From: Vicinamibacteria bacterium
GTDB taxonomy: Bacteria > Acidobacteriota > Vicinamibacteria > Vicinamibacterales > UBA8438
Direction: 5' to 3'
DNA length: 64,000 nucleotides
Assembly (NCBI GenBank): GCA_963578725.1
Contig: CAUZDS010000011.1
Span: 32,304 to 96,303, forward strand
This document shows positions 1-11,829 of this stretch, piece after piece. Both the position numbers and the translations under genes were made by a program. The notes under the pieces are model-generated. The model saw only the letters and a list, made by a program, of their open reading frames with translations. It was not told the origin of the DNA and ran no database searches. Numbering within the stretch: the stretch's first letter is position 1; the number at the start of each line of letters is the position of its first letter.

Positions 1-705
1 AGCCCGGAGTCGGCACAAGTGCTCCACTCGCTCCTCGAGTCGCTCCACGCTGCCATACATCATCGTGGCTGTCGATCGGAGCCCAGCCCGATGCACGTCG
101 CGCATCACCGACAGCCATTCGTCGGCGGTCGCCTTGCTGTCGCAGTGCAGCAACCGTCGGACACGGTCCACAAGGATCTCGGCGCCGCCGCCCGGCACGC
201 TATCGAGGCCGGCCCGCACGAGCCGGTCGACGACAACGGGCACGGGCCGCTGCGACAACCGCGACAGGTGCAACAGCTCAGGCGGGGACAGGGCGTGCAG
301 CTTGAAATCCGGGTACCGCACCTTGATCGCCCCAAAGAGGTCCTCATACCATTCGAGCGGCAGGTCCGGGTTATGACCACCCTGGAGCAACAGCTGCGCA
401 CCCCCGACCGCCACGGTCTCGTCGATTTTCCGGAACAACTCGTCGAAACCCAGCACGTAGCCCTCGTGGCTTCCCACCGGACGGTAGAAAGCGCAGAACG
501 AGCAGCGCGCGACGCAAACGTTCGTGTAATTGACGTTACGGTCGATGATGTAGGTCACCAGCCCGGTCGGGTGCTTCCGAGCCCGAACCGTGTCCGCCAA
601 GCGGGCGAGCAGGCTCGTCGGAGCGTCGACATACAGCTCCAGGGCCGCCGCGCCGCTCAGCCGACTCCCGGCCCGCACCGCCTCTGCGATCGACTCGACA
701 CTCAT
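1..705 (-). CDS. Radical SAM futalosine-pathway enzyme, MqnC/MqnE family (N-terminal 235 codons; 3' end lies outside the window)
   Basis: Own minus-strand translation from ATG at 705: MSVESIAEAVRAGSRLSGAAALELYVDAPTSLL...IIDRNVNYTNVCVARCSFCAFYR (CxxxCxxC). Missing from the ORF track because it runs off the window. ATGA overlap with the mqnA stop at 702. Confidence 0.8.
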   Translation of the reverse strand, partial: MSVESIAEAVRAGSRLSGAAALELYVDAPTSLLARLADTVRARKHPTGLVTYIIDRNVNYTNVCVARCSFCAFYRPVGSHEGYVLGFDELFRKIDETVAVGGAQLLLQGGHNPDLPLEWYEDLFGAIKVRYPDFKLHALSPPELLHLSRLSQRPVPVVVDRLVRAGLDSVPGGGAEILVDRVRRLLHCDSKATADEWLSVMRDVHRAGLRSTATMMYGSVERLEERVEHLCRLRA

Positions 706-1508
706 GCAGGCGGAGACTCGAAGAACTGGAGATCAGCGGGTGCCGGCACAAGCCGGAGATCATAGGCGTATTGGTAGAATTTTTTGAGCCCGGCCAGCGC
801 ACGATCATCGAGCTGAAACGACACGTTCTCTCGCAGATACCGGCGACCGGTCTCGATCTGCTCCGGGTTGTCAGGACAATGACGGGCCACGATCTCGTCG
901 ATCGCACGGACACCACTTGCACGGGCCGCCTGCAGCGCCGCGACGTGATCCGAACCCACTGTATTAGCCCGCCCCACCCACATGGCCCAGACGAACGGCA
1001 GCGAGGTCATGGCGGTCCACTCCTCACCAAGGTCCACCTTCTCGTAGCCCTGGCTCTCGTAGTCGAGGAAGAGCGCGGCGTCTCCGATCATTAGCGCCGC
1101 GTCGCACCGTTTGAGCATAACCGGCAGCTCGGGTCTGAGTTTCACCAATTGCGGCTCGACGTCCCACCATTCGGCGCACAGGATGGGCAGGAGAGCACTG
1201 GCGGTCCGCGAGCTGCTGTCGATGGCGATCGACCGCAGTGAGGCCGGGGGCCGGGTGGTAAACAGAGCGACCGAGGCCACTTCGCCTTCCGACACGACCG
1301 CCACGTCGGGCACGATACGATAATTCTTGCTCTGCAGGTATCCAATCGATGGAATCAGCCCGAGATCGACCGAGTGATCTCGCAGCCGCGCCGCGCACCG
1401 GGCCGGGATATCGAACTGCAGATCGAAGAGCTCACCGTGATTCTGCAGCCCGTGCACAAGTGGGCGGGCGTTCAGGTACTCGACCGCGCTGACTCGGATG
1501 GAACTCAT
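702..1508 (-). CDS. mqnA: Chorismate dehydratase MqnA (futalosine pathway)
   Basis: ORF 702..1532. IRVSAVEYLNARPLVHGL...LGLIPSIGY...LPFVWAMW is typical of the MqnA/MqnD family. ATG at 1508 (MSSIRVSAVEY) is preferred over the TTG at 1532. Confidence 0.8.
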   Translation of the reverse strand: MSSIRVSAVEYLNARPLVHGLQNHGELFDLQFDIPARCAARLRDHSVDLGLIPSIGYLQSKNYRIVPDVAVVSEGEVASVALFTTRPPASLRSIAIDSSSRTASALLPILCAEWWDVEPQLVKLRPELPVMLKRCDAALMIGDAALFLDYESQGYEKVDLGEEWTAMTSLPFVWAMWVGRANTVGSDHVAALQAARASGVRAIDEIVARHCPDNPEQIETGRRYLRENVSFQLDDRALAGLKKFYQYAYDLRLVPAPADLQFFESPPA

Positions 1509-1512
1509 GGCA

Positions 1513-1779
1513 CTAGCGAAGCTCCACCTCAAACCGCCCAGACGACGCCGGCTCCGTATCGCGAGCGAGATTTTCTGCCAGCGCCGCTACGCGGGAGTCA
1601 GACATCTCCTCGTGCCTCGAACAACCTGCTTCATACGTCACCGTCTTGCCCATCGAAGATATCTGGCGGCCCGCATCAACCCGCCGAGGGTTATCTGACC
1701 GGACGGCATAGCCCCCATCGAGGTAATTCTTCTCACAGCTGCACCACGCGAAGCCCCGACACCTTTGGACAGATATCAT
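1513..1779 (-). CDS. Hypothetical 88-aa protein with four Cys (candidate small ORF)
   Basis: ATG at 1779 lies 4 nt after the stop of the upstream gene (1784). Its TAG at 1513 lies 4 nt before the mqnA ATG (1508). Sequence: MISVQRCRGFAWCSCEKNYLDGG...GCSRHEEMSDSRVAALAENLARD. No family recognised; local GC is lower than in the neighbours. Confidence 0.3.
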   Translation of the reverse strand: MISVQRCRGFAWCSCEKNYLDGGYAVRSDNPRRVDAGRQISSMGKTVTYEAGCSRHEEMSDSRVAALAENLARDTEPASSGRFEVELR

Positions 1780-1783
1780 CTCG

Positions 1784-2701
1784 CTACGCATGGCCTGACC
1801 GGTCGAGCCCGTCCAGCGTCTCGAAGCAACCGTTCCGCCGAACCGCCGTAAACCCGGCAGCGACGATGTTGCGCCGGATCTCCTCGCGCGGCGAGCGGCG
1901 CCACCCGAGATCATCAGGCTCAGCGGCCGGTACCGCATCCACGTCATCGGCGCCGAAGGTCAGCGCCACTTGAGCCAGCTTGGGACCGTGACGCGACCAG
2001 TCGACTTGCAGCGAATCGATATTGTCAACCAGCAGTCGAGCCAGTGCAACCTGGCGCAGATCGCTATAGCCAGTGGACGGCGCTGCCGCCTCGACTCGCG
2101 GCAACGGGGTGACGGTTCGACACACCACCCCTGCGCCGTCCCAGCGCGCGATACGGCGGACGAGCAAGCACGCCGCCTCACCGGCCGAGTCACCCAGCGT
2201 CACACGTGCGACCGTCAAGCCGCTCCCCTGCAGCGCTACGAACACTGGCTCCGGATCGGTTACCGTGTCAGCGGCAATCTCGCTCACCAGCGCCAGCCCG
2301 GCCTCGCGCAGCTCGACGAGCAGCTCGCCGAGCCGCCCCACCTCGCCGCCGCAAAGCCCCAGCAAATGCTCGATTGCAAACCCTGTCACCGGCACTGCTC
2401 CGCCGCGCGCCGCGACGGCCTGGACCGCCGCGACGGCCGACGCGACGCTCGCCGGGCGACCGGTCACGCGCAACTCCCCGGCCTGCGCCGGCAGTGGCGC
2501 TTCGGAGGTGGCCGAGTCCACCGGCACGTCGTGAACCTGAACAAAGGTGACCTGGTCGTCATGACGGCGGCGCCGCACTTCGTCCGCTGCCATCCCAAGG
2601 GCAATCAGGTCACGCGTGCCGATCAGAACTTGCCAGTCTCGATCAACCAGCTCCACTCCGGCGCTGATCTTCTGCGTGACCGCAGTCAGCTCCTCACCCA
2701 T
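1784..2701 (-). CDS. MqnC/MqnE/CofH-like protein lacking the radical SAM Cys motif
   Basis: 305-aa ORF. DLIALGMAADEVRRRRH..VTF at the N-terminus and LRQVALARLLVDNIDSLQVDWSRHGPKLAQVALTFGADDVDAV...EEIRRNIVAAGF at the C-terminus resemble the ends of MqnC/MqnE. There is no CxxxCxxC anywhere. TGATG overlap with the upstream gene. Confidence 0.6.
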   Translation of the reverse strand: MGEELTAVTQKISAGVELVDRDWQVLIGTRDLIALGMAADEVRRRRHDDQVTFVQVHDVPVDSATSEAPLPAQAGELRVTGRPASVASAVAAVQAVAARGGAVPVTGFAIEHLLGLCGGEVGRLGELLVELREAGLALVSEIAADTVTDPEPVFVALQGSGLTVARVTLGDSAGEAACLLVRRIARWDGAGVVCRTVTPLPRVEAAAPSTGYSDLRQVALARLLVDNIDSLQVDWSRHGPKLAQVALTFGADDVDAVPAAEPDDLGWRRSPREEIRRNIVAAGFTAVRRNGCFETLDGLDRSGHA

Positions 2702-3684
2702 CAGCGCTCTCTCTCACGGGCCGGTCGTCGGTCGAGCGCACTCTCGTGCCTCATCGCATCGGCAACCCGTTGCGCCAGTCCAAGTGCCCGGCGACCGTCG
2801 GCACCACCGACCTGAGGCGGCACGTTTGCGGAGACCGCGTGGATGAAATCCGCGAGCTCGCGCTCGAGCGGCTCACCCCGTGGCACGTCGAGTCTCCCCC
2901 CGGCAATCGTGGCGTCGGGTCCACCGCGTGTCACACGCCACCCCTCGACCTCCTGCTCGGCGCAATCGATCGAAATGTAGGCATCTCGTTGAAAGAATCG
3001 TAGCTTGCGCACCTGGTCGCGGCTGATCCGGCTGGCGGTCAGGTTCGCGATACACCCTGACGGGAACCGAAGTCGAGCATTGGCGATGTCCACGCGGTCG
3101 GTCAACACCGGCACCCCGATCGCCTCGATGGTCTCGACCTCCTCCCCGACGGCAGTCAAGACGATGTCCAGGTCATGAATCATGACGTCGAACACGACGT
3201 CGATGTCCAGGCTTCGTGCCGGGAACGTGCCGATCCGATGCACCTCGATGAACCGTGGCGCCTGGACCAGCGGCAACGCCGTGGCGACAGCGGGATTGTA
3301 TCGCTCGGTGTGCCCCACCGCGAGCACCGCGCCACTCGTTTCGGCCGCGGCAATCAGCGCGTCAGCTTCCACGACCGATCTCGCTATCGGTTTCTCGACG
3401 AGCACGGAGATCCCGCGCTCGAGGAACGGCAGGGCGACCGCATGATGCGACGCGGTGGGCACTGCCAGCGTCACCGCGTCGACCCGACCACTGAGCTCGG
3501 TCACGTCGGTTGCCACCACGGCGCCGGTCCCGGCCGCCGCTGCCGAGGCGCGGTCCGCGTCGATATCCACGACCGCCTCGAGCCGAACACCGGGCAGGGT
3601 CGAGAGAATCCGTGCATGGTGGCGCCCGAAATGCCCGACTCCCACGACGGCCACCCTCAGTCTGCCCCTATCGGTCGCCGCCAT
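2701..3684 (-). CDS. Gfo/Idh/MocA family NAD(P)-dependent oxidoreductase
   Basis: [16 protein letters not shown] Rossmann start, VLVEKPIA and GHTERYNP motifs. Overlaps the lpxI stop by 17 nt. Confidence 0.8.
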   Translation of the reverse strand: MAATDRGRLRVAVVGVGHFGRHHARILSTLPGVRLEAVVDIDADRASAAAAGTGAVVATDVTELSGRVDAVTLAVPTASHHAVALPFLERGISVLVEKPIARSVVEADALIAAAETSGAVLAVGHTERYNPAVATALPLVQAPRFIEVHRIGTFPARSLDIDVVFDVMIHDLDIVLTAVGEEVETIEAIGVPVLTDRVDIANARLRFPSGCIANLTASRISRDQVRKLRFFQRDAYISIDCAEQEVEGWRVTRGGPDATIAGGRLDVPRGEPLERELADFIHAVSANVPPQVGGADGRRALGLAQRVADAMRHESALDRRPARERER

Positions 3685-4510
3685 CGTCGTCCCGCATCTC
3701 CCGACCGACCACTGTCAGCCCGTGTGCCTCGGCTCGCTCGTAGAACGCCACCCCGTCGAGCACGAGCGCGCGTCCAGCATCCACAGATAGCACGGTCGCA
3801 CCGGCGTCAAGCATAGCGTTCAGCGTCGGCACCCCGACCACCGGCACGTCGAACCGCATGTCCTGGAACGGCTTCGCCACCTTGACGACGCGGGTGCCGG
3901 ACCCAGCCAGCTGTCCCGCCCTCGCGATCACCGCATCGGTACCCTCCATCGCTTCGACCGCCACGACCGCCCGGTCCTTGACGACGATCGTCTGTCCCAC
4001 GTCGAGCCCGGCGATGGCATCGGCCATACGGTACCCGAATGCCAGATCAGCGTGCTCGTCCTCGGTCGGCGGCCGTCCGCTCAGGAGACCGGCACGCGCG
4101 AGGAACGGTTGCAGAAAGGTGGTGGAGTTCTCAAGCTCGATGCCATGGTCAGCGAGCACGTCCGCCACCGCCGAGATCAAGGCATCAGTGTTCTTGGTCT
4201 TGAGGCGGCTCAGCGCTTTCAGCAGGGTTAGGTCAGGAACGATGCCGGTGAACAGCCTCGTGTGCTTGACCTGACCCGCCATGACAGCCCGGATGACGCC
4301 AGCGTCCCGCAAAATCGCGACGCACGTACCCAACTGCCCGAGGGACACCCAGTGTAGATCGGCCGGCGGGTCGCCGGCGGCGGCGGCCTCCAGAGCCGGG
4401 CTGGTCTCCTCCCGTATCGCGACAATGGTCACGTCATGACCGAGACGGCGCGCTCCCTCCAGTGCCAGGAACGGAAACCGGCCGCTTCCCGCAATCAAGC
4501 CGAGTCGCAT
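3668..4510 (-). CDS. lpxI: UDP-2,3-diacylglucosamine hydrolase LpxI (DUF1009 family)
   Basis: [14 protein letters not shown]...[24 protein letters not shown]...[17 protein letters not shown] at 4510 is preferred over the TTG at 4528. Confidence 0.8.
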   Translation of the reverse strand: MRLGLIAGSGRFPFLALEGARRLGHDVTIVAIREETSPALEAAAAGDPPADLHWVSLGQLGTCVAILRDAGVIRAVMAGQVKHTRLFTGIVPDLTLLKALSRLKTKNTDALISAVADVLADHGIELENSTTFLQPFLARAGLLSGRPPTEDEHADLAFGYRMADAIAGLDVGQTIVVKDRAVVAVEAMEGTDAVIARAGQLAGSGTRVVKVAKPFQDMRFDVPVVGVPTLNAMLDAGATVLSVDAGRALVLDGVAFYERAEAHGLTVVGREMRDDDGGDR

Positions 4511-4535
4511 TGCTCTACCGGGCGGCAAATGCTAC

Positions 4536-5789
4536 CTAGTCGTCGGCAACCATCGCCTCGAGCCGCTTGGGTGGACGTCGAAGGTTGACACCTCGTCGAG
4601 ACGACCGGATGAACTGGATCAAATACGCGACTTCTTGGCACTGCAGCGTCTGGTCCTGTTCGATCTGGTGTAAGGCCTGGGTCGTATTTAACTTGGACTG
4701 CAACAGATAGCGGAACGCGCGCTTGAGCTGCGAAATGGTCTCTGGCGGCACGCCGCGACGCACCAACCCGATCGTATTGAGCCCGTATATCCTGGCGCGG
4801 TTACCGACACTGCGCGCATACGGCAGGGCGTCGAGCGTGGCCACGGAATAGCCGCCGATGAAGGCTTGACGCCCAACGCGACAGAACGGATGCACCCCCG
4901 AGAACGCACTGATGATCGCCTCGTCTTCGACCGACACGTGACCGCCGAGTGTCGCGCCGTTGCCGAAGATGGTCTTGTTGCCAACGAGACAATCGTGGGC
5001 CACGTGAGCATAGGCCATGAACACATTGTCGTCGCCGATGCGGGTGACCCCGCCGCCCCCCCTGGTGCCACGATTGATCGTAACAAACTCGCGGAACACG
5101 TTGCGCCGGCCGATGATGAGGTTGGTCCGCTCGCCCTTGAACTTCAGATCCTGCGGAATGAGACCAATCGAGGCGAACGGAAACACCCGGTTGTCATCGC
5201 CGATTTCCGTCCACCCGTCGATGACCGCCGAGGAGCCGATGTCACAGCCGCATCCGATACGGACGTGGGGCCCGATCACCGTATTGGGACCGACAACCGT
5301 GCCGACTCCGATCTCCGCGCCCAGCGCCACGTGCGCGGTCGGATCAACCCGCACCTCGCCAAGCACCAGACCGACCAGTAACTCGGCCTCCGCGACCACT
5401 TGGTCGCCGACACTCGCCACGGCTTCCACCGCTGCCAACCGGCGCCGGCGTCGGCGAATCGTGACAGCCAGACGAAGCCGGTCTCCTGGCACCACCTGAC
5501 GTCGAAAGCGCGCGTTGTTCACGCCGCGTAATACGGTCCGCATCCCCGATGCCTGGACGTCCTCGGCGAGCAACAACGTTCCAGCCGCCTGCGCCAGCGC
5601 CTCGATCATGAGCACACCTGGCATCAACGGGGTGCCGGGAAAGTGCCCCTGAAAGAACTCCTCGTTGACAGTAACGTTCTTGACGGCGACGAGCCGCGTA
5701 CCCGGCTCGTGCTCGATCACGCCGTCAATAAGCAGCGAGGGATAGCGGTAGCAGAGCCGGTCGAGCAGCCCGGGGATATCAAGGGACAC
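4536..5789 (-). CDS. fabZ/lpxA: Fusion protein: 3-hydroxyacyl-ACP dehydratase FabZ (N-terminal) plus UDP-GlcNAc acyltransferase LpxA (C-terminal)
   Basis: Residues 1 to about 145: YRYPSLLIDGV, FFQGHFPGTPLMPGVLMIEALAQ (FabZ hotdog). From about residue 150: hexapeptide repeats, FASIGLIPQDLKFKGE, HVAHDCLVGN and LPYARSVGNRARIYGLNTIGLVRRG (LpxA). Single uninterrupted 417-aa ORF with a GTG start. Confidence 0.85.
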   Translation of the reverse strand: MSLDIPGLLDRLCYRYPSLLIDGVIEHEPGTRLVAVKNVTVNEEFFQGHFPGTPLMPGVLMIEALAQAAGTLLLAEDVQASGMRTVLRGVNNARFRRQVVPGDRLRLAVTIRRRRRRLAAVEAVASVGDQVVAEAELLVGLVLGEVRVDPTAHVALGAEIGVGTVVGPNTVIGPHVRIGCGCDIGSSAVIDGWTEIGDDNRVFPFASIGLIPQDLKFKGERTNLIIGRRNVFREFVTINRGTRGGGGVTRIGDDNVFMAYAHVAHDCLVGNKTIFGNGATLGGHVSVEDEAIISAFSGVHPFCRVGRQAFIGGYSVATLDALPYARSVGNRARIYGLNTIGLVRRGVPPETISQLKRAFRYLLQSKLNTTQALHQIEQDQTLQCQEVAYLIQFIRSSRRGVNLRRPPKRLEAMVADD

Positions 5790-5948
5790 GTGTCTTCGTG
5801 GTCAGCGACGGCACCCAAGACACTGCCTGACCGGGTCAGCGACGAGGTACCGAGCCGGCTCAGTCTACCGGGTCCCGGTCACCGCGTCCACCGGCCGTGC
5901 GGATGTCATCACCGGAGGAACGACGGTCTGTAAGCCGCACCGACGGGG

Positions 5949-6560
5949 TCACTGGACGGAGGCGTTGACTTCCAGAATGACGTCGGCCGTGATGTCCAAC
6001 GCCGGATTCGCCCAGAGCAGACCACCGTCTCCGGCGCTGAAGATGAAATCGAGCCCCTTATCGATGGCGATGCGGTCGATAGCCGGAACGAGCTTCTGTT
6101 GAAACTCGAGCTGGAGCGTCTGCTGGAGCTCCTGGACCTCGGACTCGGCGTCCTGGCTCATCCGCTCGACATCGCGGCTCAGACGCTCTATCTCACGCTG
6201 CAACTGGAGCTGGGCATCGCCGCTCATAACGTTGGCGTTCTGCTGGAGCCTTTGCTGGCTCGCCTGCAAGTCCAGATTGAGGGCCTCGATTTCCGCGATC
6301 TTCACATCGCTCAGCGCCTCGACTCTCTCGTTCGCCGCACGTCCGTCGTTCGACTCGCTGGCCACCCGCTGCAGGTCCAGATAAGCGTACTTGGCGTCCG
6401 GCGGAAACGGGGGGCGCACCGGAGCCTGAGCCGACACGGGAGCTGCGGGTGCCGGTGTCTGGGAAGCAGCCGGTGTCTGCTGTTCTGCCGCAGCGTCCCA
6501 CGGCGCCGTCAGGACGACAAGCGCAACCGTCATCATCGCGACCACACTCAACAGTTTCAT
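5949..6560 (-). CDS. skp: Periplasmic chaperone Skp/OmpH family
   Basis: Signal peptide MKLLSVVAMMTVALVVL, then a Gln/Glu-rich coiled region. Position between bamA and fabZ/lpxA. AAGGA lies 9 nt upstream of the ATG at 6560. Confidence 0.75.
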   Translation of the reverse strand: MKLLSVVAMMTVALVVLTAPWDAAAEQQTPAASQTPAPAAPVSAQAPVRPPFPPDAKYAYLDLQRVASESNDGRAANERVEALSDVKIAEIEALNLDLQASQQRLQQNANVMSGDAQLQLQREIERLSRDVERMSQDAESEVQELQQTLQLEFQQKLVPAIDRIAIDKGLDFIFSAGDGGLLWANPALDITADVILEVNASVQ

Positions 6561-6748
6561 CGGATCAGTCCTTGGATATGAATCATCTCTCGTTACGTCT
6601 CTCTCCATTCTATCGGTCGACCGGGACCGCTTCCCCAGATTGCGCCTTCGTCACGCCAGCGCCACCCACCAGCCTACCAGCTTCGCCGAACCTCACGCGG
6701 GCGTGGTACCCAGGCCTGGCACCACCACGATGTCGCCCGGAGCAGTGT

Positions 6749-9310
6749 CTAGAAGGTGGTCCCCATGCCGAACTTGAAGACCGTGGACTCCTGCGGCTCG
6801 AAACGATCGTTCAGTACTCCCTCCCGCTGCGGATTCCAGGCGTAGATCAGACGAAACGGCACATTGAGCACCGGCATGAAGAACCGCAACTCCGCGCCGG
6901 TCGATGTCCGGAACAGGCTGGTCGCGAACGGCTGGCCGAAGTCAGCCACCTGGCCCGCATCATAGAAAAAGATCACACGCACCGGGTTCGCAATCGAAAT
7001 CATGTACTCGAAATTGAACAGCAGGCTCTTGTTGCCGCCGATGACCAGTCTGCTGTTCGGATCGCTTGGTCCGACACTGCGGATGTCGAATCCGCGGAGG
7101 CTGAATTCACCACCCATGCTGAGCAGCTCGAAGATCGGCAGCACCTCCGACGATCCAATCGGCGAGATGTACTCGGCACTTGCGCGCAGCCCCAACGTCA
7201 GCCGCGACGCATGCCGCAGATACCAGACACCTTCGACGGTCGGTTTGTAGTATTTCGTGTTCCCGCCCAGCCCCGCGAACTGGAACGCCAACGTGTACTT
7301 CTTCCCGGTGGTCGGAAAGATCGGGTGGTCCACGGTGTTGAGCTGGAACGTCGGTGTGATCTTGCTGATCTTACGCGCTCCGTCCTGGCCAAGCAGCAGG
7401 GTGTCCTGGAGGAATGGATTGAAGCGCAGAAAGGCCGGGTCCATAAACAGCGGGTTCAGCTCCTTGACCTCCGTCTCCTCGTACGAGTACGAGGTGGCCA
7501 GCTGGGACCACTGCCCTATCCGGACTCCCACCGAGGCGCTCCCGCCGATCGAGCTCTGCGTGAACTGGTTGATATAGCGGATATCACGACGGAACCCGTT
7601 GAGCCCGCCGGTGATCGGCCGGCCGAACAGGAACGGCTCGGTAAATCCGATGTTGTAGTTCTTGACCCGTTGGCCGTTCTGGATCTGCACGTCCAGCGAC
7701 TCGCCACGGCCCATAAAATTCGAGGTCCGGAACCCCAACTGCAGGAAGAAACCGTCGAACTGCGATGCCCCGGCACCGAAACTCAACTGGTTCAGGTTCG
7801 CCTCCTGGAGGTTGAGGGTCAGATCGACCTCGTTGTCGACACCGGCTCGCTTGTCGATCAAGACCGCCTCGTTCTCATCGAGAGGCTCGAAGAATCCGAG
7901 CTGGTTGAGCCGTCGGACGCTGTATCGGAGCGCCTCGGTGTTGAAGATGCCGCGTTCGACCAGACCGATCTCCCTCCGGATCACCTCGTCGTGCGTGGTG
8001 TTGTTACCTACGAAATTGATGCGGTTGACGAAATACTGCTCCCCTTCCTGGAACCGGATCGTGACATCCACGACCGGGTCGCCGTCGATTCGTGAAGGTA
8101 ATCCCTCGGGATGGGGATCAGCGCGCGGCATCAGGTCGGGAAACGCCGTCATCTCGTAGTAGCCGAAGGCGCCGTACGCCTCCCGAGCGATCTCGAAAGC
8201 CTCGCGAACATCACTCTCCGAGTAGTACCCGTCTTGGCGTAAGTCTCCGAAAATCCGGTCGAGTGCCTCGCTCCGCAGCACCTCAAGCCCGTCGTACTCC
8301 ACTTTCCCGACGCGATACCGCTCGCCCTCGCTGACCGGGATTCGCAGACGGACCGGGCGGGTCTTGGCATCCTCCGACACGTCCAAGTATTCCAGTTCCG
8401 GCTGCCCCACCTGGGCATTGATGTAGCCGTTGTTCCGATAGTGCGCCACCAGGAGGTCAGCGTCCTGCTCGTACCCGAACGGCTGGTAGGTCCCGCGCCC
8501 TGTGATAAATGAGAGGAACCAGCGCTCCTTCGTGTTCGTCATCTGCCGCTTGAGGGTACGATCGCTCATGCGCTCGTTGCCGACGAACGAGATGTCCGCC
8601 ACCGTCACCTTAGGTCCCTCGTCCATTAGGAACGCCAACCGGACCATCTTCGGACCACCGACAGCCGGGGTGATCTCATGGCCGATCTCGGCGAACTCGT
8701 AGCCCTTCTCGGCGAACATCTGCCGCAGTACGCCCTCGGTGCGTCGTATGACGTCAGGGCCGATCCTGGTGTCCAGACGTAACTCGATGCCGAGCCGCTC
8801 CAGCATCTCGTCGATGTCCGACCGCTCAAACTCGTCGGACCCATCGAAGGTCACGATACGAACTCGCTCGCGCTCTTCCATCAGGAACACCGCCCGTTTG
8901 CCAGAAACGCCGTTCGGGTACGGGTCATCGATGATCTCGATCGTTAGGTCGCTCAGGAACTCGGTGCCCCACAATCGCTTGAAGTCCGCGATCAGCATCC
9001 GCTCGACGGTCTCGTCGAACGGTGTCCAACGTCCCTGCGACGGCAGGCTGACCAAGTCGTCGATCTCCATGTAGTAGAGATACGTCTGGCCATCGACGCT
9101 CGACACGTTCCCCTGGTTCGGGAACCGCAGCTCGACCGTGGTGAACAGCGGCGGCGAGTCAGGCGGCGGCAACGCCGCCTGCGCCTGCTCGCCGATGACG
9201 ATCGCCTCGGCCGGGCCGGCCTCAGCGGCGACCGGCGCCAGCCCGGCGCACGCCACGGCGAGTAGCCCCACCGCCAACCTGAGCCAAGTCTGAATCACCG
9301 TATTTCTCAT
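6749..9310 (-). CDS. bamA: Outer membrane protein assembly factor BamA
   Basis: 853 aa with a signal peptide, repeated POTRA-like segments and a C-terminal beta-barrel ending FKFGMGTTF. Confidence 0.9.
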   Translation of the reverse strand: MRNTVIQTWLRLAVGLLAVACAGLAPVAAEAGPAEAIVIGEQAQAALPPPDSPPLFTTVELRFPNQGNVSSVDGQTYLYYMEIDDLVSLPSQGRWTPFDETVERMLIADFKRLWGTEFLSDLTIEIIDDPYPNGVSGKRAVFLMEERERVRIVTFDGSDEFERSDIDEMLERLGIELRLDTRIGPDVIRRTEGVLRQMFAEKGYEFAEIGHEITPAVGGPKMVRLAFLMDEGPKVTVADISFVGNERMSDRTLKRQMTNTKERWFLSFITGRGTYQPFGYEQDADLLVAHYRNNGYINAQVGQPELEYLDVSEDAKTRPVRLRIPVSEGERYRVGKVEYDGLEVLRSEALDRIFGDLRQDGYYSESDVREAFEIAREAYGAFGYYEMTAFPDLMPRADPHPEGLPSRIDGDPVVDVTIRFQEGEQYFVNRINFVGNNTTHDEVIRREIGLVERGIFNTEALRYSVRRLNQLGFFEPLDENEAVLIDKRAGVDNEVDLTLNLQEANLNQLSFGAGASQFDGFFLQLGFRTSNFMGRGESLDVQIQNGQRVKNYNIGFTEPFLFGRPITGGLNGFRRDIRYINQFTQSSIGGSASVGVRIGQWSQLATSYSYEETEVKELNPLFMDPAFLRFNPFLQDTLLLGQDGARKISKITPTFQLNTVDHPIFPTTGKKYTLAFQFAGLGGNTKYYKPTVEGVWYLRHASRLTLGLRASAEYISPIGSSEVLPIFELLSMGGEFSLRGFDIRSVGPSDPNSRLVIGGNKSLLFNFEYMISIANPVRVIFFYDAGQVADFGQPFATSLFRTSTGAELRFFMPVLNVPFRLIYAWNPQREGVLNDRFEPQESTVFKFGMGTTF

Positions 9311-9380
9311 GAACTTTCCCGTCGGCGCGGTTGCGCCATCCCACCCGCTCGGCGGGCGTAGACAGACACCGTCTTACTCG

Positions 9381-11825
<2,445 letters not shown>

Positions 11826-11829
11826 AGGA

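Noticed and set aside
6449-8095. 548-aa plus-strand ORF
   Set aside because: It is entirely antisense to bamA, has Arg/Pro/Leu-rich composition typical of shadow frames in GC-rich DNA, and shows no recognisable motifs.
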